From positions 96,001 through 160,000 of the forward strand of contig CAWCMR010000014.1 in assembly GCA_963796685.1 (NCBI GenBank): a DNA stretch of 64,000 nucleotides. Reading direction: 5' to 3'. The stretch comes from an uncultured delta proteobacterium (GTDB lineage: Bacteria > Myxococcota_A > Polyangia > Fen-1088). The notes beneath the pieces were generated by a model, which ran no database searches, had not been told where the DNA came from, and worked only from the letters and a program-made list of their open reading frames with translations. The position numbers and the translations under genes are program-made. Of this stretch, positions 28,155-38,686 are shown piece by piece; within the stretch, counting starts at the first letter, position 1, and every line of letters begins with the position of its first letter.

Positions 28155-28283
28155 CTAGGCGACCCGCAAAGACGCGACAGGGGCGGGCGGCTGGTCGTGG
28201 CGGAGGGTTTCGATGTCCCGCCGGGGAGGCGCACCGAAGAGCCGGCGATACTCGCGGCTGAACTGCGTGGGGCTCTCGTAGCC
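28155..28283 (-). pseudogene. C-terminal remnant of an AraC-family (YqhC-like) regulator
   Basis: Hand translation GYESPTQFSREYRRLFGAPPRRDIETLR..*; the upstream part of the gene is absent. Confidence 0.75.
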
Positions 28284-28340
28284 CCAAAAGCTGTCCACAC
28301 CCGGGATAGCGCTCGTCCACCACGGTCGCTATCTTGGTGA

Positions 28341-28472
<132 letters not shown>

Positions 28473-28681
28473 GACGAAGTCCGGTGCCGCAAGCATGCCG
28501 GGCTACGGCGGCTCGCCGCAGCACCACCGCGATCAAGTGGGCTAGACGCCGTCTCGCGCAACGGCCGACGCCCCAGGATCGGCGGCTTCGTCGTGGTCGC
28601 GTTGGCAACACATTTTCTGCCCGCGGTACTTTGCACCTCCGGGCACAAGGACTAGTCTTCGCCCAAATGCACGTGTCTCGC

Positions 28682-29590
28682 ATGCTCCGAGGTCTCCTCC
28701 CCAGCCTCCTGGTCGCCAGCATGGTCGTGTGGATCAGCGCGTGTGCGAAGAAGGCCCCACCCGGTTCGCCGGCAACCACCGCCTTGTCCGGGATCGTCAA
28801 GCCACCAACCGACAAGCCATCGACGGAAGGCGATGGTTGGCCGCCCGGTATCGAGCCCGACAAGCTGGACCCGTTCAAGCGCAAGGTCTTCGACGATGTG
28901 ATCAACCGCGAGTCATCGGCGTGCGGCAAAGGGCACAGCCTGCTCCACTCGATCAGGCAAGACGGCGCCTGCCGGGCTTCCTTCTATGCCGTCCGCTACG
29001 TCGCCCGTTTGGCGGATGCGGGATTCTCCGAGCCTGAGATCGGCGAGAAGCTCACACAGCGTTTTCGCGCCCCGCGCGTCCCCTACATCGACGTGTCCCA
29101 GGCACCCAGCAAGGGCGGGCCATCCGGTCGCGTGACCATCGTGGAGTTCGCCGACTACGAGTGCGCGCATTGCAAAGCGGCGCAGAAGGTGATGCAGCCG
29201 CTTCTGGACAAGTACCCCGGCCTCGTTACCCTGTATTTCAAGCACTTTCCCATCAGCTCGAACAATGCCTTCAACGCCGCTCAAGCCGCAGCGGCGGCAC
29301 AGAAGCAGGGTAAGTTCTGGCAGCTCAGCGACAAGATTTGGGAAAACTCGGAGAATCTGTCGCCAGCCCTGCTGGAGAGCTTGGCCAAGGAGATTGGCTT
29401 GGATTTTTCACGCTGGTATAGCGATGTCGGATCGGAAGAGGTTCGGGCGCGTGTGCAACGCGACAGGGCCGAGGCACGCGCCCTGGGGATCCGCAGAACG
29501 CCCGCCATCTTCATCAATGGTCGCAGGTATACCGACGAGCCCGACCTTCCCGGTCTGACGGATTGGATCGACGAAGAGCTGGGGCGTTGA
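28682..29590 (+). CDS. DsbA/thioredoxin-fold lipoprotein
   Basis: Lipobox ISAC; VEFADYECAHC, FKHFP, GIRRTPAIFING. Confidence 0.88.
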   Translation: MLRGLLPSLLVASMVVWISACAKKAPPGSPATTALSGIVKPPTDKPSTEGDGWPPGIEPDKLDPFKRKVFDDVINRESSACGKGHSLLHSIRQDGACRASFYAVRYVARLADAGFSEPEIGEKLTQRFRAPRVPYIDVSQAPSKGGPSGRVTIVEFADYECAHCKAAQKVMQPLLDKYPGLVTLYFKHFPISSNNAFNAAQAAAAAQKQGKFWQLSDKIWENSENLSPALLESLAKEIGLDFSRWYSDVGSEEVRARVQRDRAEARALGIRRTPAIFINGRRYTDEPDLPGLTDWIDEELGR

Positions 29591-29594
29591 GGCT

Positions 29595-30674
29595 CTATTT
29601 CTTGGTCTCTTCGAGCACGCTGGCCAGCTCGGGGTCGTCGCGTACGCTCTGCAAGTCCGGATCCCGGCGGGCGACCTTGCGATACTTGGGATCCAGGGCG
29701 ATGGCCTTCATGACGGAGGCAACGGCTTGCTTGTGGTTGCCAATCAAGGCGTGCATACATCCGACGTTGTAGTGCCCCTGACCGAAGTCGGGCGCGAGAT
29801 CGACGAGTTGCTCGAAGCAGGTCAGGAACTCGGGTGCGATCGTTTGCCTGCTCTGGCTCTTCGCCAACGTGAAGTAGTCGCGCAGCAATCCCTTCACGTG
29901 TTCCTTGGCTTGGGGCAGGGAAAGCGCGTAGCGCGCGCGGCGGGGCGAGCCGTCGGGGACAAGCCCCTTGGCGGTCAACAAGTAGTCCTGCTCGAAGGTC
30001 TCTGCCGCGGCGGCGAAGTAGTAGTACCAGGCGGCAGCTCGTTGCTGCACGAACCGAGCACCGCCGTGCTCCAACCCGGCAAGCCTCACGTCGATCGGGA
30101 TCCCGCTCGCGGCGCCGCACCGAGCGCAATCCTTGTTTGGGATGCTTCCACTGGCACTGCAAGGGCTTCGGGTGCTTCCCGGGAGACCGCCAAGAAACCG
30201 ACCACCGCCCTCTGCGGCCCAAAAGGCGAGGTCCTCGATCCCGTAGAAGTCGCGCCCGAATTTCCATGACACAGCGACGACCGGCAGGCCGCCGAGCCAG
30301 AAGACGAAGCTTCCCGGCCAGTCGGCAATCATGTGCTCCCGAGAGGCAGGGGCGGTGAGATCCGCGACGATGGCATTGTTACGCAAGAGCCATACGCGGG
30401 CCTTGCCAGCCTTGTCCGCGGCGGCAAAAAAGGTACCCTGCGGCGTCGCGGCGACCTGGAGCGCGCTGGCCGCGTCGCCCAGGCGGCCAGCCAGGACCGG
30501 TGGGACAGTGGCCAGCGGCTCGAATCTCACCAATGCCTTGGCGGAGGCATCGTCCAGCGGTCCGGCCAGCGTGACAACCGCATGCGCCGTCACCAACACG
30601 ACAACCAGCCCGACCCAGATTGCTCGGGCGAGAAACCCTCGGATGTTCTGGTCTTGCATTTTCCTGTTGCTCAT
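29595..30674 (-). CDS. Secreted hypothetical protein with C-terminal TPR
   Basis: N-terminal hydrophobic segment; GHYNVGCMHAL..KAIALDPKYRKVARRDPDLQSVR. Confidence 0.7.
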   Translation of the reverse strand: MSNRKMQDQNIRGFLARAIWVGLVVVLVTAHAVVTLAGPLDDASAKALVRFEPLATVPPVLAGRLGDAASALQVAATPQGTFFAAADKAGKARVWLLRNNAIVADLTAPASREHMIADWPGSFVFWLGGLPVVAVSWKFGRDFYGIEDLAFWAAEGGGRFLGGLPGSTRSPCSASGSIPNKDCARCGAASGIPIDVRLAGLEHGGARFVQQRAAAWYYYFAAAAETFEQDYLLTAKGLVPDGSPRRARYALSLPQAKEHVKGLLRDYFTLAKSQSRQTIAPEFLTCFEQLVDLAPDFGQGHYNVGCMHALIGNHKQAVASVMKAIALDPKYRKVARRDPDLQSVRDDPELASVLEETKK

Positions 30675-30785
30675 GGCGCCGAATCTACCTCAGTGCGCGC
30701 GATGTGGGGCCATCGATGAAACGGCATCTCCCGGGCGACGCCATATCGGGGCGCGACGGGGTCTGGCATAGTGCCACAGCAGCTC

Positions 30786-31445
30786 ATGTTCCGGTACCTG
30801 ACAGCCTCGACTGCGTGTGCTGCCCTTCTGGGGCTGGCTGCCGCTGGCTTCGTGCGCACGCATTTTCCCGAAGTCCTGTCGGCTTTGACACCGAAGGCAT
30901 CCGAGGCGTCGTTCGTGGACGAGCCCCTCCAGGTCGGTGGCGGATCCCCATCCTTTGACCCTGCGCCCAAGGACGGGGCGCTGGAGGGGGCGCGTCCCAC
31001 CTGGTTGCTTCCTTCCGAGGAAGCCAAGGGACGTCCAGCGGCCTGTGCGCGGTCCGGCTCATCGCACGGTTCGGCGCGTGGCACCTTCGCGCAGAGGCTG
31101 AATAGGGGAATCCGAAGGCTGGGCGAGCGTCGCTACGAGATCAGGCGCGGCACGCTGGAGCTTGCGCTCGGCAATCTCGCGCTGCTGACCGGTTCGGTGC
31201 GGGTCACGCCCGAGGTTCGCGATGGCAAGCCGCTCGGCTTTCGTCTCTTCGCGATCGCGCCGAATGGGCCATTTGCGAAGCTTGGTCTCCGCAACGACGA
31301 TGTCCTGGTTTCCGTCAACGGGCTCGATTTGTCGACACCCGAGGGTGTCTTGGACGCCTTCGGCAAGCTCAGGAAAGCTCCTCGCTTGGTGTTGGGGCTG
31401 GTCCGAGACAATCGCGAGATCACGCAGGAGTATACGATTCGCTAG
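30786..31445 (+). CDS. GspC-like PDZ-domain protein (orphan)
   Basis: N-terminal TM; RVTPEVRDGKPLGFRLFAI..KLGLRNDDVLVSVNG..YTIR. No other T2SS genes nearby. Confidence 0.7.
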   Translation: MFRYLTASTACAALLGLAAAGFVRTHFPEVLSALTPKASEASFVDEPLQVGGGSPSFDPAPKDGALEGARPTWLLPSEEAKGRPAACARSGSSHGSARGTFAQRLNRGIRRLGERRYEIRRGTLELALGNLALLTGSVRVTPEVRDGKPLGFRLFAIAPNGPFAKLGLRNDDVLVSVNGLDLSTPEGVLDAFGKLRKAPRLVLGLVRDNREITQEYTIR

Positions 31446-31520
31446 CCTATCGAATGTCCGACGGCGCCAGGGTGTCCATGTCGTCGAAGGTCTGGTGCTC
31501 GCCGGCCATGGCCCATCGCA

Positions 31521-32117
31521 CTAGCCGGACGAATCCACCCAGCCACCGTCGATGGCTTGCTGGCCGAGGCACGCGTATTCGACCGGGCCGCACGTGGCCT
31601 CGCAGCCTTGGGGGAGCTTCCCCGCCGTCGTGGGAAAGGGATCCTCGGTGTAGACGCTGGAAACGACCGAACCGCCAATCAGCGTTGCCCCGTCGAGGGT
31701 GTAATAGCAGGTCGCTTCGCCTCGCCGATCGCCCTCGGGCGAATCGGGAGGGAAGTAGACTTGAACATAATCGCTGCAACGCACGAGCCGGGCGGCATTC
31801 TGTCCGCAGCGCGCTGGCAGGTCGGCAAGCGTGACGGGACATCCGGAAGGATCGCCGAGCAGGTTTGCGCTTGCCTCGAGCTTGGTGTCCAGGAATTGGC
31901 AGGTCGAAGCCTGGGCTGCATCCGCAGCTTCCGCCGCGTCGGTCATCGCCATCGTGTCCATCCCGCCTTCATCCGGATGGTTGGCGTTTGTTCCCGAGTC
32001 GAGAGGTCGCTTCACCGTCAGGGTCCTGGTGCCGCAGCCGAGCACGAGCAGGGTAAGGAGAACGACCGCGGACGCTCGCGAGGGAAGGGGTTCTTGGGTC
32101 GGCGGCTTCCTCGACAT
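31521..32117 (-). CDS. Hypothetical Cys-containing lipoprotein
   Basis: Lipobox LVLGC; begins 12 bp downstream of the ClC gene on the same strand. Confidence 0.55.
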   Translation of the reverse strand: MSRKPPTQEPLPSRASAVVLLTLLVLGCGTRTLTVKRPLDSGTNANHPDEGGMDTMAMTDAAEAADAAQASTCQFLDTKLEASANLLGDPSGCPVTLADLPARCGQNAARLVRCSDYVQVYFPPDSPEGDRRGEATCYYTLDGATLIGGSVVSSVYTEDPFPTTAGKLPQGCEATCGPVEYACLGQQAIDGGWVDSSG

Positions 32118-32128
32118 GGGGCTCGCTT

Positions 32129-34417
32129 TCAGTCGGCGGCTGCTCTTTGCCGTGGGGCACAGGCATGGGAATCGAGGAACGCCAGGGCCAAGGCGGTCTT
32201 GGTCACGACCCCGATGGGGTCCGCTTCGGAGTCGATGATCACGACGGCTTCGGTATTGTGGCTGGCCATGGTTTTGGCCAGGCTGGTCAGGTTGTCGCTC
32301 TCGCTGGCGGGGGATGCTGGACGCGCGACGTCCCCCGCGATGAGCATTCGTTCGAGCTCTTCATCGTGGGAGAATTCCGACAGGTACTCGGGCAACACGA
32401 CGCCGAAGCCGCGCTCGCCGTCGCGTACGATCAGTGCCTGGGCCGGACCATCCCGTAGCTGGGTGGAGAGATCCGAAACCTTCGCGGCCGCAGAGACCAT
32501 CGATGAAGGAACCATGATGGTCTCTGCCCGCAGCTCGTCCAAGGCCTCGCCCAGGCTTACTTTGGCGGTGTTGCCTCGGGACATGGGCGCCGCATTCACG
32601 TGGGCGCGAACCAGGTCGCTCATGGCCAGGATGCCCACGAGCTTGGTTTCCGTCGCAGGGTCGACCACCACGAGCTGCCGCACCCCCAGGTCGTACATCC
32701 GGACGGCCGCGCCGAGCAGGGTGGCGTTCGCCCGAATGACCTGTGCCGATTTTATCCGCGCCGACACGGGGCTGTTTGCCGTCGCCGAGCTGGCTCCCAG
32801 GTCGTCGGCGGACAAGACGCCCCGGAGGATGCCAGCGCCGTCAACCACGGGCAGCTTGGAAAACTTGCGGTCGCCCAGAATCCCGATCGCCTCGGCCACC
32901 GACTGTTCGGCGCGCACCGTGACCACGGCCGTGGTCATCGCATCCGACACCAAGACGGGACCGCGCGCGGGTGCTGCCGGCCCCGCGTGCGGAAGAACCA
33001 CGCCGTCTTGCTCCAGCAGTGCTTCGTAAATCGGGGTTGGCCGTAGTCGGCGCGCAAGGCCATAGGCGGTCATGTTCGCGAGCATCAGCGGCAGGACAAG
33101 GCCATAGCCACCGGTCATCTCGAAGATGATGAGGACCGACGTGATGGGCGCGCGAATGATCCCGGCGAAGACCGCGCCCATGCCGACCAGCGCGAACGCC
33201 CCGACTTGGTGGGTTTCGTGGTGCATGAGGAGAACGTCGAGGTGGCCGATGGTGCCGCCGAGCATGGCGCCCATGAAGAGCGCGGGCGCGAAGATCCCGC
33301 CGGCCCCGCCGCTCGAATAGGAAAAGACGGTCGCGACGAGCTTTGCTCCGCACAGGATGGCGAGAACCATCAGCTCGAGTTGTCCGTCCAGCGCACGGCC
33401 GAGGGTGTGGTACCCGCCCCCGGTGATTCCGGTCGTGCCGAGAAAGCGCAGGGCCAGGACTGCGAGAAGGCCGGTGACCGCGCCCCCGACGGCCGGGTGG
33501 GCCCACGACGGCACCGCGCGAAAGTTACGAAACCAGAGCCGAAGCTTGAGCAGCCCGTCGGTGAACGCGATCGAGACGAAGGCCGCGGCGACGCCCAGCA
33601 CCGCGTAGAAGGCAATCGACGTGGGGTGATTGAACGTGTACTTCTCGCTGACCTCGATCACGGGATGGACGCCGAGGATTCCGCGTTCGATGACCGCGGC
33701 CAGGGCCGCCGCGATGACGACGCCGGACAACACGGCCTGGTCGAGAGTTCCGACGACTTCCTCGATGGTGAACGTGACGGCGGCGATGGGCGCGTTGAAG
33801 GCCGCGGCGATGCCTGCGGCGACTCCGACGGGGAGGAGTCTTCGCATGTTGCGCGGTGGAAGGGACGTCGCGCGACCGAGCAGGCTGGTCGCGCCGGCGC
33901 AGATCTGCACCGTGGGACCCTCGAGTCCCAGGGACGCTCCCGAGCCAATCTGCAGGGTGCCGATGAAGAACTTTCCAATGGCGTCGCGAAACCTGACCCG
34001 ACCGCCTTCCGTGGCGAAGGCTTGCTTCACTTGCGGAATGCCAGAGCCGCGAGCCCCGGGCACGATCCAGGTGAGGATGGGGCCGGCGATGAGGCCGCCC
34101 AGCGCGGGCGAGATCACCGTCCAGGCCATCCACGACGGCCCATGCACATGGATGGCGCGCTCGATCATTTGATTCTCGGCGGCGGTGATCGCGACGTGGA
34201 ATGCCACCGCTGCCAGGCCGCAGATCAGACCCACCAGAATGGTCAGCGCGAACAAATGCTGCGCTTCGTTCACGAGGTGACGCTGGAAGAACGCGCGTGC
34301 TGCCTCGCGTATGGGCGGCACGGTCAGACGAATCCGCGCCAGCTTTGCCCATCGCGCACGCCAGGGCGAACCTTCCATGCGGCTCGGCTTTTCGTCGTGC
34401 TCGCCGGACACGCTCAA
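32129..34417 (-). CDS. ClC-family chloride channel / Cl-/H+ antiporter with extended CBS region
   Basis: GSGIP, GLEGP, AAFNAPIA..FTIEE, GGIFAP, PIYEAL; two CBS-pair-like regions. Start could be 34378. Confidence 0.9.
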   Translation of the reverse strand: MSVSGEHDEKPSRMEGSPWRARWAKLARIRLTVPPIREAARAFFQRHLVNEAQHLFALTILVGLICGLAAVAFHVAITAAENQMIERAIHVHGPSWMAWTVISPALGGLIAGPILTWIVPGARGSGIPQVKQAFATEGGRVRFRDAIGKFFIGTLQIGSGASLGLEGPTVQICAGATSLLGRATSLPPRNMRRLLPVGVAAGIAAAFNAPIAAVTFTIEEVVGTLDQAVLSGVVIAAALAAVIERGILGVHPVIEVSEKYTFNHPTSIAFYAVLGVAAAFVSIAFTDGLLKLRLWFRNFRAVPSWAHPAVGGAVTGLLAVLALRFLGTTGITGGGYHTLGRALDGQLELMVLAILCGAKLVATVFSYSSGGAGGIFAPALFMGAMLGGTIGHLDVLLMHHETHQVGAFALVGMGAVFAGIIRAPITSVLIIFEMTGGYGLVLPLMLANMTAYGLARRLRPTPIYEALLEQDGVVLPHAGPAAPARGPVLVSDAMTTAVVTVRAEQSVAEAIGILGDRKFSKLPVVDGAGILRGVLSADDLGASSATANSPVSARIKSAQVIRANATLLGAAVRMYDLGVRQLVVVDPATETKLVGILAMSDLVRAHVNAAPMSRGNTAKVSLGEALDELRAETIMVPSSMVSAAAKVSDLSTQLRDGPAQALIVRDGERGFGVVLPEYLSEFSHDEELERMLIAGDVARPASPASESDNLTSLAKTMASHNTEAVVIIDSEADPIGVVTKTALALAFLDSHACAPRQRAAAD

Positions 34418-34663
34418 GCCTCGGTCCCGGCGGTGAGGCCCAATATCATAACCTCGGCCCGGACGCGTTGGCCTCGGGCCAGAGCTGGAGTGTCATGCTC
34501 GGTCAAACCTTTCTGGGCTCTTTCTACATCTTGCTCGTTGCTCTTGGTATGGCTCGTTTTCACCTTGGTGCGCTGGAGTCTACCGCACGCAAGCGCGAGG
34601 CGCCCCGAGCCAATCGTTTGCCGGTTGTTTGCCACGTGGTTTAGTCTCTGCCCCAAGAACATC

Positions 34664-35107
34664 ATGCGAAAAAGGCACGTCGTGCTACCGATCGTCCTTG
34701 CCGCCGCCGCTTTGTTGCTCGGGTTTGCCCGGCCCGCCAAAGCGTCGGTCAACCTCGGTCTAGGCGCAGATTGGATCGAGGGCGGCGTGGGTGAGCTCAA
34801 CCTGACGCTCGGGGCCGATACCTTCCTGGCGCGAAGACTGTCGATTGGCGGGCGCGCTGGCATGGCCTTCTTCGACGACAGCCACCACCTCGGGATTCCC
34901 GTGGATTTCCAACTCAAGCTCCATGTTCAGCGCATCTACTTCGAGGGGCTAGTCGGACCATGGTTGCTCGTTGACTCCGGGGAGCTGTTCCGCTTTCACG
35001 GCGCCTTCGGGTTCGGGCTGGAGACCGGCAGGGTCGCCTTCGGCCTCGAGGTGGGCCGCCTGAGCCGGGCCACGATGCTCGGGATGCGACTCGCGTTCAA
35101 GCTGTAG
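34664..35107 (+). CDS. Small outer-membrane beta-barrel-like protein
   Basis: Signal MRKRHVVLPIVLAAAALLLGFARPAKA; alternating amphipathic strands; ends LGMRLAFKL. Confidence 0.65.
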   Translation: MRKRHVVLPIVLAAAALLLGFARPAKASVNLGLGADWIEGGVGELNLTLGADTFLARRLSIGGRAGMAFFDDSHHLGIPVDFQLKLHVQRIYFEGLVGPWLLVDSGELFRFHGAFGFGLETGRVAFGLEVGRLSRATMLGMRLAFKL

Positions 35108-35422
35108 CAAGCTGAAGGAAGACCGAAGAGAAGGTCTCGGCGTACCACCGGGGGATACGTCGGATGGTGTACAATGGAGCCGGAAGTATGAGTGCGTCGA
35201 ACACGTCTCCAGCCACGGTGCCGCGGTCGGAAAGCCCGGAAAGCGCGATAGACCTGCCGCTGGCTCCGACTTCCCCGTTGTGGGCGGCCTTCGAGGCGGC
35301 CAGCGACGTGATGGTCTGGATTCGCGTGCTGCCGGGACCGACCTTTCGCGTCGTGGCGGCGAACCCCGCCTGTTTGCGCTTGGCCCAGGCCATTGGGGGC
35401 GCGATCTCGGTGCCCGATTTGG

Positions 35423-36833
35423 GGCTCTCCTGACATCTTCATGGAAGCGCGGGCACCTTGAAGACGGGATGAAGGACAACGCCTGAGCAGCAGAGGAAGA
35501 TGAAGCCAATGAGGGCTTGAGCGTTGTGGAAGCCATAGGCCCTGCGGGTGATGACCCTGATCTTGCCATTAAGGCCCTCGGTTCTTCCGTTATTGAGCCC
35601 TGTGGCGACAATGGCCACGATGCCGTCCAGGTATTTCTTGATGGTCGCGGCGACCTTCTTGAAGGAAGGTAGTCTGGATCGCCTGGCCCAACTGATCCAT
35701 TCTTCGAGCTTCTGTTTGACGACGTTGACCTGGCGACGACCGAGGATGTCGCAGATGGCGATCTTGAGCAGGTAGCCGCGATAGAGTCGGGCATTGGTCT
35801 TCGGGAGGGTCGAAAGCCTCTCAGACTCGGCCCTGGATAGGTTCCACGGATTCTTGAGCAGAAGGTACTTGGTCTTCTTCAGTTGCCCGCGTTCGTCGGT
35901 GTCCTCCAGGAGTCGGACCTCCGCACGCCGGAGCTCGTCGAGTGCTTCCTGCACGAGTCTCTGAACGTGGAAGCGGTCGAAGACGATCTGCGCTTGTGGC
36001 GCTCGCGAGGTGACCGCGTCGATGTAGGCCGCGGACATGTCGATGGTGACGGTCTTGAGCTTGCTGGTTCGTTCCGGGCCGAGAGCGTCGAAGAAGCAGC
36101 CGAGCGTCGCAGCGTTCTTGCCCTCGTGGGCCCAGACGACCCGCTGCGAGACGTGGTCGACAACGACGGTGACGTACTCATGGTGCCGCCGGTACGACAA
36201 CTCGTCGACGCCGATGTGTTCGAGGTCCTCGAGGAGAAGGCTAGGATCTCGGTGCCGCGGCACCACCCGCTGGATGATGGCGCCGACGGTGCGCCACGCG
36301 ATGCGCATGGTTTCGGCCACCATCGTCTGGCTTGCTTGTTGGGCCAGATAGGCCACGTGGTCCTCGAAGTCACGCGTGAAGCCGACCTTCGGCTCGGCCC
36401 AAGGGACCATCTCGATGACCACGCCGCACCGAGGACAGTCAACCCTGCGCAGGGTGTAGCGCAGAAGAACCTCCATCCCGCACGCGTCCAGATGCCGCCA
36501 GTTCCGAGCCCGAGCATCGAACACGTCATGGACCCGACATCCGCAGCCTGAGCAGTAGGGAACGGTCGTCGTTGGCGCCACGTGCACCAATATGCCAAGC
36601 AGATCGAATTCGACCGCCAGGACACGGGTATGTGGAAATTGGAGTAGGTTTCGGAATAGGGTGGTTGCGCGCATGGGCTCCTGGGCTTGTGGGTTCCAGA
36701 CAAGCCACACGATACCCCAGGTGCCCGTGCGCACTTCGTCTCCACCTCACCCGGAACTCATGCCGCCCACATCTCCGTCGGCGACGTGCGTCGCACCTAC
36801 GAGATCTCCCTTTACGAAGATGTCAGGAGAGCC
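35423..36833 (-). mobile_element. ISL3-family insertion sequence, 1411 bp
   Basis: Perfect 18-bp IR GGCTCTCCTGACATCTTC; 8-bp target duplication CGATTTGG at 35415-35422 and 36834-36841. Confidence 0.95.
35439..36674 (-). CDS. ISL3-family transposase
   Basis: CSGCG..CPRCG Zn finger, [35 protein letters not shown]; intact. Confidence 0.93.
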   Translation of the reverse strand: MRATTLFRNLLQFPHTRVLAVEFDLLGILVHVAPTTTVPYCSGCGCRVHDVFDARARNWRHLDACGMEVLLRYTLRRVDCPRCGVVIEMVPWAEPKVGFTRDFEDHVAYLAQQASQTMVAETMRIAWRTVGAIIQRVVPRHRDPSLLLEDLEHIGVDELSYRRHHEYVTVVVDHVSQRVVWAHEGKNAATLGCFFDALGPERTSKLKTVTIDMSAAYIDAVTSRAPQAQIVFDRFHVQRLVQEALDELRRAEVRLLEDTDERGQLKKTKYLLLKNPWNLSRAESERLSTLPKTNARLYRGYLLKIAICDILGRRQVNVVKQKLEEWISWARRSRLPSFKKVAATIKKYLDGIVAIVATGLNNGRTEGLNGKIRVITRRAYGFHNAQALIGFIFLCCSGVVLHPVFKVPALP

Positions 36834-38686
36834 CGATTTGGTCGGCCATTCGCTTGATGTGTTCATCAAGCATTTCGTTGCCGAACCCGAAGAGGCCGGG
36901 CGATGGCTGCGGCACTACGAAACCGTGGTCGGTGAGCGGGCTGCCCTGGACGATGAAGTGGTTCTTGCAACTTCGAGCGGCGAGCGCCGAATGCGCTTCA
37001 GGTTGACCCCGATTCTGGACGCGGACGGGCGCTGTCATTCGATTCTCTATTCGTCCTGCGACAACACCGAGCGAACACGTGCCCTTGCCATGCTGGGACA
37101 GAGCGAAGAGAAGTTCGCCCGAGTGTTTCAATCGACACCAGCCGCCATGGCCATCACCCGACTGAGCGATGGGCGGTTCCTGGACGTCAACGCGGCCTCC
37201 TGCAAGCTGTGGGGCTACTCGCGCGAGGAGTTCCTCAGCCGAAATGCCACGGAGCTTCGGCTGTGGGTACGCCAGTCCGATCGCGATGAATTCCTGAAGA
37301 TGTTTCTCGCCACCGGCTCGGTGCGGGATTTCGAGATCGAGATACGCACCAAGCGCGAGGAGCTGCTCATCGTGCTCTTCAGCGCAGAGCGCGTCGAAGT
37401 GGGGGGAGAACAATGCATGGTGGCGTCGGTCCACGACGTCTCGGCTGCGCGCGAAGCGGAGCGCATGCGGCGGCAAGCCGAGGAGCAGTTGCGACAGGCG
37501 CAGAAGCTCGAGGCGCTCGGTACCCTGGCGGGAGGCGTCGCCCACGACTTCAACAATATTCTCACCGCGGTGGTCGCGGTGACCGATTCTCGTCGAGCTG
37601 GACATCGAGTCTCCCGACTTGATTCGCGAGCACCTCGGCGAGCTGCGGACAGCGGGCAAGCGTGCCCAGTCGCTGGTACGCCAGATCCTGACCTTCAGCA
37701 GGCGGAACGAGCAAGAGCGGCGGGTCTTCGACCTGCGCGACATCGTCAAGGAGGCCCTCGGCATGTTGCGCGTGGGACTGCCGGCGAGCCTGGAAATCGA
37801 GTCGCGGATTGACGAGGCCCCCGTGCTCGTGTATGCCGACCCCAACCAAATCCACCAAGTGCTCATGAACTTGGGAACGAACGCGGCGTACGCGATGCGC
37901 TCGATGCCCGGCGCGATGACCGTTACGGTGGATAGGGTCGGCACCAAGGTCGCGAAGGTCATGACCGTGTCGAGAATCGAGCCCGGTGTGCATGCCCGCA
38001 TCGTGGTCGAGGACAGGGGCGAGGGCATCGACGAAGGGATCCTCACGCGTCTCTTCGAGCCCTTCTTCACGACCAAACAGAACGGAGAAGGCTCGGGTCT
38101 TGGTTTGGCGGTCGTCCACGGCATCGTTCGCGATCACCATGGTGCCTTGGATGTGTCCAGCCGGCGCGGGGAAGGAACCCGCGTGTCCGTGTATCTTCCG
38201 CTGCACGAGGGCAGCGCGACGGAGAGCGTCGAGCCTGCAGCCGGCGCCGAGGTGCATGGCCGCGGCGAACGTGTGCTGTTCGTCGACGACGAGGAAGCGA
38301 TTGGCAACGTGTGTGGCAGCTTGCTCTCGCGTGGCGGCTATCAGGTCGCGGTGTTCAAGAGTCCCGTGGAGGCATTGGCGCGCTTTTCATGCGCTCCCGA
38401 CGACTTCGACATCGTCATCACGGATCTCGCCATGCCGCGCATGAGCGGCGAGAAGCTCGCGCAGGAGGTGCTCGCGCTTCGGCCGGATATCCCCGTGCTC
38501 ATGATCACCGGTAACTCGGCTGGGCTCACGCGCCAGCGCCTGCGCGATCTCGGCGTCTCCGACCTGCTGCAGAAGCCCATGACCCGCCAAGCGCTCACGA
38601 CCGCGGTACGCCGGGCGCTGGACGGCCTTGCCTGAGGGGCTCAGCTACCCATGCCAACGACACGAAAGAGGACGAGCGAAGGTCGA

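Larger units (their letters stand above)
35164..38635 (+). pseudogene. PAS-PAS-histidine kinase-receiver hybrid, interrupted by ISL3, additional frameshift near 37588
   Basis: Removing 35423-36841 restores ..SVPDL|VGHSLD.. in frame; [13 protein letters not shown] (H box), QVLMNLGTNA, FEPFFTTK, GSGLGL, LFVDDE..ITDLAMP..KP. Confidence 0.85.

Noticed and set aside
33206-34663. Long plus-strand ORF (633 aa) and similar antisense ORFs such as 43807-45399, 50288-52021 and 26772-28148
   Set aside because: Shadow ORFs opposite real genes in GC-rich DNA; only 34664-35107 of the first looks coding.
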